Assembly (NCBI GenBank): GCA_017509785.1
Contig: JAFWOT010000012.1
Location: 1,544 to 65,543 of the forward strand
Length of the DNA stretch: 64,000 bases
Reading direction: 5' to 3'
Source: Clostridia bacterium
GTDB taxonomy: Bacteria > Bacillota > Clostridia > Christensenellales > CAG-138
The stretch's first letter is position 1, and each line of letters begins with the position of its first letter. Positions 7,079-14,279 of the stretch are shown here, piece by piece. The position numbers and the translations under genes are program-made. The notes beneath the pieces are model-generated. The model had not been told where the DNA came from, did not search any database, and saw nothing but the letters and a program-made list of their open reading frames with translations.

Positions 7079-9505
7079 ATGCTCGGAGCAATTATAGGCG
7101 ATATCGCCGGTTCCAGATTCGAATGGAATAACAATAAGAACAAAGACTTTGAACTGCTATCTCATATCAAGAGATGTAAACCGACCGATGATAGTATTAT
7201 GTCCCTCGCGATTGCTCAAGCAGTTTTGGATTGCAATGGCGAATACAGTGCTTTGAATCAGCATGCTGTTTCCAGGATGCAGGAACTCGGACGTAGATAT
7301 CCTCACGCTGGCTATGGCGGGCATTTTCATAAATGGATATACGACAGCAATCCTCGTCCCTATAATAGCTGGGGCAATGGATCCGCCATGCGCGTAAGTG
7401 CCTGTGGCTTTGCGGCAGCATCACTTGATGAGGTGAAAGCTCTGGCAAAAGCCGTGACTGAAGTAACGCATAACCATCCGGAAGGTATTAAAGGCGCAGA
7501 AGCAACAGCAGTTGCCATATACCTTGCTCGCAGCGGAATGAGCATGGTTGAGATCAGAGACTACATAGAAACGAATTACTATAAGATCAATTTCAAGTTG
7601 GCAGATATCCGGCCAACATACACTTTTGATGTTTCATGCCAAGGATCTGTGCCGCAGGCGCTGGAAGCATTTTTCGAGTCAACTGGCTTTGAAGATACCA
7701 TTCGAAATGCGATTTCCATCGGCGGAGACAGCGACACGATTGCAGCAATTGCAGGTGGTATCGCAGAGGCATATTACGGCATCCCTGCTGATATCAGAAA
7801 GCTTGCTCTCACATTCTTGGATACAAAGCAGCTTGAGATACTGAATGCATTTGAATCGAAATATGGCGTCATTCTTGAAAAAGATGCCGGGCATGGCATT
7901 TCAAGACCAGCGTCATATTCATCGGTGACAGCTACACCCTCAGGTGATCGACAGGATGCGATGAGTGAAGCAGTGCGGGTTACAGAAGAAGCACAGCATG
8001 CAGATGACATTGCCGATAGAGAGACAACTGCAAATGCGCTTTACAACCATCTGTATGAGGCATGCAATATTCTTCGCGGCCCGATCGATCAGGACGACTA
8101 TAAATCTTACGTCATTCCGATTTTATTCTTCAAACGCATTTCAGACGTGTATGACGAAGAAACGATCGAGGCAGAGCAGCAATACGGTGATGACATCGAG
8201 TTCTACCCTGAAGAAGAGCTGCACACGTTTATTATCCCAAAGGGCTGCCATTGGAATGATGTACGCAATACCAGCGAAGACGTCGGCAAAGCCATCGTAG
8301 ATGCAATGATGGGAATCGAGCATGCCAACCCGGATACGATGGCGGGGCTCTTCTCCTCTTTCGACGATGCAAACTGGACGGATAAAACCAAGCTGGACGA
8401 TGAGCGGTTGAAAGATCTCATCGAGCACATGTCTGCTCTGCCTGTCGGCAACCGGAATTATTCGGCTGACGTTATGGGCGATGCTTATGAATATCTGATC
8501 AAGAAATTTGCTGACATGAGCAAAAAGAATGCCGGAGAATTCTACACCCCACGTTCTGTTGTTAAGCTCATGGTACGTATGCTCAGCCCGAAATCCGGCG
8601 ATTCGGTATATGACCCTGCATGCGGAACCGGCGGAATGCTTATAGAAGCTATCCGCAGCATGGATGATGAAAAAGCATCCTACGGTAAGATTTACGGGCA
8701 GGAAAAGAATCTGTCCACGTCGGCCATTGCAAGAATGAACCTCTTCCTTCACGGAGCAAAGGAGTTCAAAATCGTGCGTGAAGATACTTTGCGCAAGCCG
8801 GTATTCATCCATAACGGTCAGCTACAGCAATTCGATTGCGTGCTGGCCAATCCGCCGTTCGGTCTGGATCACTGGGGCGCGGAGATCTTCGAGAACGACC
8901 AATGGGGCCGCAACATCTGGGGCAGCCCGACTGATTCAAACGCCGACTATGCATGGCTGCAGCACATGTATAAATCGATGCGCCCCGGCAAAGGACGCTG
9001 CGCGGTCGTTATGCCGCAAGGTGTTCTGTTCCACGGCGGACGTGAAGGCGAAATTCGCAAGAAGATGATCGAGACTGATTGCGTTGAGTGCGTGGTCACG
9101 CTCGTGGGTAACCTGTTCTATGGAGCGGGCGTATCCGCATGCATTCTTTTCTTGAACAATAACAAGCCCCTTGCGCATCGTGGAAAGATATGCATGATAG
9201 ATGCAACAAGTATCTACACGGCGCAGCGTGCAAAGAACGTGATGACCGAAGCGAACACGGATGAAGTGTTCCGTTTGTGGCAGGGGTACGAGAACGTGAT
9301 TGATAGATGCGCGATCGTAGACCTTGATACCATTCGAGCTAAAGAGTACACCCTCTCAGTGAATACTTACATTGAGAAAACGCCCGCCCCGCCTATAGAC
9401 CCTAAGAAAATACGCGCAGAGTTCTTCGCCGCACTGCAAGAGGTACATGACAGCGAAGAGGCGCTCACACAACTGCTCAAGGAAGGAGGATACATCGATG
9501 GCTGA
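7079..9505 (+). CDS. hsdM: Fusion protein: ADP-ribosylglycohydrolase domain (aa ~1-265) + type I R-M methyltransferase subunit HsdM (aa ~320-808)
   Basis: ADP-ribosylglycohydrolase (ARH)/DraG signatures: GAIIGDIAGSRFE, WGNGSAMRV, GGDSDTIAAIAGGIAEAYYG. HsdM signatures: N-terminal FFKRISDVYDEE, GEFYTPRSVV, motif I YDPACGTGGML, motif IV NPPFG. It is a single uninterrupted 808-codon frame. Confidence 0.85.
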   Translation: MLGAIIGDIAGSRFEWNNNKNKDFELLSHIKRCKPTDDSIMSLAIAQAVLDCNGEYSALNQHAVSRMQELGRRYPHAGYGGHFHKWIYDSNPRPYNSWGNGSAMRVSACGFAAASLDEVKALAKAVTEVTHNHPEGIKGAEATAVAIYLARSGMSMVEIRDYIETNYYKINFKLADIRPTYTFDVSCQGSVPQALEAFFESTGFEDTIRNAISIGGDSDTIAAIAGGIAEAYYGIPADIRKLALTFLDTKQLEILNAFESKYGVILEKDAGHGISRPASYSSVTATPSGDRQDAMSEAVRVTEEAQHADDIADRETTANALYNHLYEACNILRGPIDQDDYKSYVIPILFFKRISDVYDEETIEAEQQYGDDIEFYPEEELHTFIIPKGCHWNDVRNTSEDVGKAIVDAMMGIEHANPDTMAGLFSSFDDANWTDKTKLDDERLKDLIEHMSALPVGNRNYSADVMGDAYEYLIKKFADMSKKNAGEFYTPRSVVKLMVRMLSPKSGDSVYDPACGTGGMLIEAIRSMDDEKASYGKIYGQEKNLSTSAIARMNLFLHGAKEFKIVREDTLRKPVFIHNGQLQQFDCVLANPPFGLDHWGAEIFENDQWGRNIWGSPTDSNADYAWLQHMYKSMRPGKGRCAVVMPQGVLFHGGREGEIRKKMIETDCVECVVTLVGNLFYGAGVSACILFLNNNKPLAHRGKICMIDATSIYTAQRAKNVMTEANTDEVFRLWQGYENVIDRCAIVDLDTIRAKEYTLSVNTYIEKTPAPPIDPKKIRAEFFAALQEVHDSEEALTQLLKEGGYIDG

Positions 9506-10985
9506 CCGTATGACGATCGACGAGTTGAAATCGTACCTGTGGCAATCTGCTGTATTGCTCCGTACCAACATTGATGCAGGCGCATATAAGCAGTACATTT
9601 TCCCGCTAATGTTCTTTAAACGGATATGCGATGTTTACGATGAAGAGACGGAAAAAGCTATCGCCGAATATGGTGATGACATCGACCTTTACCCGGAAGA
9701 AGAGCTTCATACATTCATCGTTCCAAAAGGACACCACTGGAATGATGTACGGCAGGTCACCGAGGATGTCGGCAGAGCGATCGTAACCGCTTTCAAAGAA
9801 ATCGAAAAGGCCAACGGCGAAAAAATGACCGGTATCTTTGGAGACGGCGCATGGACGAACAAAAATCGGCTTCCGGACAGACTGTTGAAGGATTTGCTGG
9901 AGCACTTCTCTTCGAGATCGCTGTCTCTCACCAACTGCCCGGAAGATGAGCTCGGTAACGGATACGAATATCTGATCAAGCAGTTTGCCGATGACAGCGG
10001 CCATACAGCGCAAGAGTTTTATACCAACAGGACTGTCGTTCACCTGATGACAGAGATTCTGCAACCGCAGAGCGGAGAGTCCGTTTACGATCCGACCTGC
10101 GGCAGCGCCGGCATGCTCATTTCCTGCATTGCGCACCTAAAAGCAAATGGACAGGAATGGCGCAACATCCAGGCCTACGGTCAAGAAATCAATCAGCTGA
10201 CCTGTGCGATCGGCAGAATGAACCTGTTCCTCCATGGCGTCGAGGATTTCCACATCGTCAATGATGATACGCTCAAAAACCCCGCTTTTATCGAGCGTGG
10301 CCAGCTGCAGCAGTTCGACATCGTTCTTGCAAATCCGCCGTATTCGATCAAACAGTGGGATCGCGGCGCTTTTGAGAACGATAAATATGGCCGTAATTTC
10401 TTGGGAACACCTCCGCAGGGACGCGCAGACTTTGCCTTCTTCCAGCACATACTCAAGAGCATGAAACCGGGCACTGGTCGTTGTGCGATACTCTTCCCTC
10501 ACGGGATACTGTTCCGTGGAGAAGAAACGGATATGCGAAAAAAGTTGGTTGAGAGTGATCTGGTAGAATGCGTGATTGGCATAGGCAAGAATCTGTTCTT
10601 TAACAGCCCCATGGATGCCTGCATTGTGATATGCAGAACCAACAAGCCGATTGATCGACGTGGAAAGGTGCTGTTTATCAACGCGAGAAACGAAGTAACA
10701 CGAAAAAATGCAGAGAGCTATCTTGAGGATACTCATATTGAAAAAATCGCAAGCGTATACCATCAGTTTAAGGTCGTAGATGGGTTTTCGGCAATCGCAG
10801 ATAATGAAGCGATCCTTCGCAATGATGGAAAGCTTAGCATAGCACTGTATGTGACAAATGCAGGCGACGGCGATCAAGAAAAACAGTCGTTTGATGATGC
10901 GATTGCAGAGTGGATGACTGGATATGCTGAAATGCGAGAAACTTATGATGCCTTGTGCAATATGCTTCCGGAGGAATCCATATGA
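9498..10985 (+). CDS. hsdM: Type I R-M methyltransferase subunit HsdM (second paralogue)
   Basis: ATG at 9498 follows GGAAGGAGGA and overlaps the upstream stop by 8 nt. Motifs: FFKRICDVYDEE, QEFYTNRTVV, YDPTCGSAGML, NPPYS. Confidence 0.9.
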   Translation: MADRMTIDELKSYLWQSAVLLRTNIDAGAYKQYIFPLMFFKRICDVYDEETEKAIAEYGDDIDLYPEEELHTFIVPKGHHWNDVRQVTEDVGRAIVTAFKEIEKANGEKMTGIFGDGAWTNKNRLPDRLLKDLLEHFSSRSLSLTNCPEDELGNGYEYLIKQFADDSGHTAQEFYTNRTVVHLMTEILQPQSGESVYDPTCGSAGMLISCIAHLKANGQEWRNIQAYGQEINQLTCAIGRMNLFLHGVEDFHIVNDDTLKNPAFIERGQLQQFDIVLANPPYSIKQWDRGAFENDKYGRNFLGTPPQGRADFAFFQHILKSMKPGTGRCAILFPHGILFRGEETDMRKKLVESDLVECVIGIGKNLFFNSPMDACIVICRTNKPIDRRGKVLFINARNEVTRKNAESYLEDTHIEKIASVYHQFKVVDGFSAIADNEAILRNDGKLSIALYVTNAGDGDQEKQSFDDAIAEWMTGYAEMRETYDALCNMLPEESI

Positions 10986-12103
10986 GCAGAATGAGACTAA
11001 AAGACATTGCTGTTGAAAAGAATGAACGAGTGGACAATCCATCCAGTAGTCCATATAGAATTTTTGTGGGTTTAGAGCATTATGATTCCGGGGAGGCTAC
11101 AATCCGCAGATACGGAAGCACTGAGAGACTTGAATCAACCATGAAGGTCTTTCATGCTGGCGATATATTGATTGCAAGAAGAAACGTTTATTTGAAGCGG
11201 GCAGCAACGGTAGATTTCGACGGTCTCACCTCCGGTGATTCCATTGTTCTGCACATTGAAAACGAAGCTTACAGGCGGATAATACCGTTTGTGTTGAACA
11301 CGGATGATTTCTGGGATTATGCCAATCAGCACGCTGACGGATCGATGTCAAAAAGGCTTTCACCCAAGCTGTTGATGGAATATGAGTTTTCCCTCCCTGA
11401 TGATAATAGCATCGATCGCGTATCCAATTTACTGTGGGCGATGGAGCGGGTAAAAAACGCATATAGGGAGCTGATTGCCAGAACCGACGATTTGGTGAAA
11501 TCGCAATTTATCGAGATGTTTTATGAGAAAGAATATCCAGAGTACAAGCTGAAAGAGCTATGTTCAAAGATAACAGATGGTACACATAAGACGCCTAATT
11601 ATCAAGACAGCGGAATTATATTCATTTCCGCAAAGAACATTATAGACGGCAAGCTGAGCTTCGATGATGTAAAGTACATTACCACAGAAGAATACAAGGA
11701 AATACAAAAACGCTGTATGACAGAGCCCGGGGACGTACTAATGGCTAAAAGCGGCTCCCTTGGAATGGTGGCAATTGTTGATACAGAACAACCGCTCGGT
11801 TTGTTCGAAAGCTTAGCGGTCTTGAAGTACGACAGAACGAAATTGGACGGTATATTCTTGAAAGAGCAGCTACGTTCAGACACTGCTCAGAGACAGCTGA
11901 TGGCTGGCGTAAAGGGAGTGGCAGTGAAGCACCTTCACTTGAATGTGATATCGGAAGTGCCGGTGATTGTACCTCCACTTGATGTACAGCGCCAGTTTGC
12001 AGCTTTCGTGGAACAGAGCGATAAATCAAAATTTACAGCCCAACAGACGCTGAAAGAGCTCACCGACGCGCAGAAGGCGCTGATGAAGAAAATATTTGAG
12101 TAA
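10982..12103 (+). CDS. hsdS: Type I R-M specificity subunit HsdS (two target-recognition domains, TRDs)
   Basis: ATGA overlap with hsdM. The layout is TRD1, central conserved region (DLVKSQFIEMF), TRD2, distal conserved region (FVEQSDKSKF...). Confidence 0.85.
   Translation: MSRMRLKDIAVEKNERVDNPSSSPYRIFVGLEHYDSGEATIRRYGSTERLESTMKVFHAGDILIARRNVYLKRAATVDFDGLTSGDSIVLHIENEAYRRIIPFVLNTDDFWDYANQHADGSMSKRLSPKLLMEYEFSLPDDNSIDRVSNLLWAMERVKNAYRELIARTDDLVKSQFIEMFYEKEYPEYKLKELCSKITDGTHKTPNYQDSGIIFISAKNIIDGKLSFDDVKYITTEEYKEIQKRCMTEPGDVLMAKSGSLGMVAIVDTEQPLGLFESLAVLKYDRTKLDGIFLKEQLRSDTAQRQLMAGVKGVAVKHLHLNVISEVPVIVPPLDVQRQFAAFVEQSDKSKFTAQQTLKELTDAQKALMKKIFE
11501..11515 (+). repeat. hsdS conserved-region repeat R1 (TCGCAATTTATCGAG), three direct copies
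   Basis: Identical 15-mers at 11501-11515, 13111-13125 and 13668-13682, all on the + strand. The first and third copies share 18 bp (AAATCGCAATTTATCGAG). Confidence 0.9.
12012..12034 (+). repeat. hsdS conserved-region repeat R2 (AACAGAGCGATAAATCAAAAT[TT]), three direct copies
   Basis: Copies at 12012-12034, 13634-13656 and 14197-14217, all on the + strand. They share 21-25 bp of identity. Confidence 0.9.
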
Positions 12104-12146
12104 TAATCTACATGGCGAAGGATGTTGGTACAAAGGAGCAATCAAC

Positions 12147-13106
12147 ATGACAAGCCAGATGATTATGAGAATTGAGCAGCAAATGCTCGCGCACCTAGAC
12201 AACAGACAGATGAAGCAATTGCATGCGGTACTGTCCGCTTGCATACAGGAAACCTGCCCCCAGCCCGATGCAGATCACATCCAGCTTTTTCTGGCAGCAA
12301 AAAGAGTTGAGGGCTGTTCGGGAAAAACGATACGGTATTATGATTCCACCCTGAGAAATGTTTTGAGTTCCATAGGAAAAGACGTGCTCCAGATCACCAC
12401 CGATGATCTGCGCCTCTATCTGGATTCGTACCAGTCGAACCGCGCAGCAGGCAAAACGACGATCGACAATATCCGTCGAATCCTATCGAGCTTCTTTGCA
12501 TGGCTGGAAGATGAGGATTATATCCTGAAAAGCCCCGTGCGAAGGATCCACAAAGTGAAGACGTGCAAAACGGTGAAGGAAACCTATTCCGATGAGGCGC
12601 TGGAGATCATGCGCGATCACTGCGAAAATAGCCGCGATCTGGCATTGATCGATCTGCTGGCCTCAACCGGAATGCGCGTGGGAGAGCTGGTGCTTCTCAA
12701 CCGGGACGATATTGACTTCACCAATCGAGAGTGCGTAGTGCTCGGCAAGGGCAATAAGCAGCGCAAAGTGTATTTCGATGCCAGAGCAAAGATACACCTG
12801 CAGAATTATCTGCATGGAAGGACGGATGATAACCCTGCGCTGTTCGTATCGTTGCAGAAGCCGCATAATCGGCTCCAGATACGCGGCATTGAAATCCGCC
12901 TACATGAGCTCGGTAAAAAGCTGAAGTTATGTCGGATCCACCCACATAAGTTCCGGAGAACGCTCGCTACCATGGCGATCGACAAAGGAATGCCGATCGA
13001 GCAGGTGCAGCAATTACTCGGGCACCAGAGTGTAGATACGACACTACAGTACGCGATGGTGAACCAGGCGAATGTGAAACAGTCCCATAAGAAGTTCATC
13101 GGTTGA
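12147..13106 (+). CDS. Tyrosine site-specific recombinase (XerC/D-like) embedded in the hsdS locus
   Basis: Motifs ASTGMRVGEL, HPHKFRRTLAT and LLGHQSVDTTLQYA (the R..H-x-x-R..Y catalytic set). ATG at 12147 follows AAAGGAG. Confidence 0.85.
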   Translation: MTSQMIMRIEQQMLAHLDNRQMKQLHAVLSACIQETCPQPDADHIQLFLAAKRVEGCSGKTIRYYDSTLRNVLSSIGKDVLQITTDDLRLYLDSYQSNRAAGKTTIDNIRRILSSFFAWLEDEDYILKSPVRRIHKVKTCKTVKETYSDEALEIMRDHCENSRDLALIDLLASTGMRVGELVLLNRDDIDFTNRECVVLGKGNKQRKVYFDARAKIHLQNYLHGRTDDNPALFVSLQKPHNRLQIRGIEIRLHELGKKLKLCRIHPHKFRRTLATMAIDKGMPIEQVQQLLGHQSVDTTLQYAMVNQANVKQSHKKFIG

Positions 13107-13110
13107 TCAG

Positions 13111-13656
13111 TCGCAATTTATCGAGGTGATCACCCCCCTGTTGGAAGCAGGGAAAACCATACCTCTTAACGATTTGGTTGAAGATGACAGGCCGATCACT
13201 TACGGCATTCTTAAACCGGGTACTGGATGTCCGGGCGGCGTTCCGGTGGTGAAAGTAAAGGACATGCGTGATGGAGCGATCGATCAGTCTGATCTTCTGC
13301 TAACCACACCGGAGCTGGATTATCAATATCGGCGTTCTCGCCTTCGCGCCGGAGATCTTCTCATTTCGATACGAGGATCTGTAGGTCGTATGGCAGAAGT
13401 CCCTGAAAACCTTGAAAACGCTAATATCACACAAGATACAGCAAGGCTTACAATAAAGCCAGAATTCAACAAGGTTTTCGTTCGTGGGGTATTGGAATCT
13501 GAACCCATGCAGCGCGACATGGAGCGCAATATACGCGGCGTTGCTGTCAAAGGAATCAATATTGGATACCTACGAGTACTTGAAATTCCGATGTGTGAGC
13601 GGGAGGAACAGGATAGACTTGCACGGCTATATCAACAGAGCGATAAATCAAAATTT
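13111..13656 (+). pseudogene. Silent hsdS half-cassette 1 (R1 - TRD - R2) with no own start or RBS
   Basis: It begins at the SQFIE conserved-region repeat immediately after the recombinase stop. The TRD motif is GDLLISIRGSVGRMAEVP. It ends with YQQSDKSKF. Confidence 0.75.
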
Positions 13657-13680
13657 GCCGGTGCAAATCGCAATTTATCG
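13641..13680. repeat. Imperfect 40-bp palindrome at the junction of the two silent hsdS cassettes
   Basis: CGATAAAT-caaa-ATTTGC-cggt-GCAAAT-cgca-ATTTATCG. The outer 8-bp and inner 6-bp arms are exact inverted repeats. Confidence 0.8.
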
Positions 13681-14276
13681 AGCAGTTCATTCAAGGAGAA
13701 AGGTATCCGTCCGTTCGGTTGGATGCGGTTTCAATGGTCAGCAGTGGACTGACCAAGAACTCTAAGCGCCCAACATTTGAAATCAAGATGCCCTATCTTC
13801 GGGTGGCAAACGTGTTTTTCGATTACATCGACCTTGCGGATGTTCAGACGATCGGTGTGCAAGAAAGCGAAATAGAAAAAACTTTGCTGAAAAAAGGAGA
13901 CGTTTTGTTCGTTGAAGGCAATGGCAGCCCCGATCAGATAGGCCGCGTTGCAGTATGGGATGGCCAATTAGAGCCGATGCTGCACCAAAACCATATCATT
14001 AAAGCGCGCCCTGACGAGCGAAAAGTTTTGCCGAGATACTGCATGTATTTCTTTATGACGCAGGCCGGTCGGAGCCAGATACTGAGCAGTGCGAAAACTA
14101 CCTCTGGACTGTACACTTTGAGCCTGAGCAAGATAGCAGGGTTTGAATTGCCGCTTGCGCCACTGGAGGAACAACAGCGGTTTTTACAGTTGGTGGAACA
14201 GAGCGATAAATCAAAATATTTGCTTCAGAGTGTAGCAGAAGCATTCACGATAAAAAGAAACTATAGGAGGTTGTGA
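13668..14276 (+). pseudogene. Silent hsdS half-cassette 2 (R1 - TRD - R2) with no ATG or RBS
   Basis: The frame is open from 13647 and reads SQFIEQFIQGERYPSVRLDAVSMVSSGLTKNS..., ending LVEQSDKSKYLL.... It is frame-shifted relative to cassette 1. Confidence 0.75.
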
Positions 14277-14279
14277 GTT

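Noticed and set aside
7079-10985. The tandem hsdM genes as an assembly duplication artefact.
   Set aside because: The two copies differ at many amino-acid and nucleotide positions along their whole length. They are joined by a normal overlapping stop/start with an RBS, so they are real paralogues and not a collapsed or expanded repeat.
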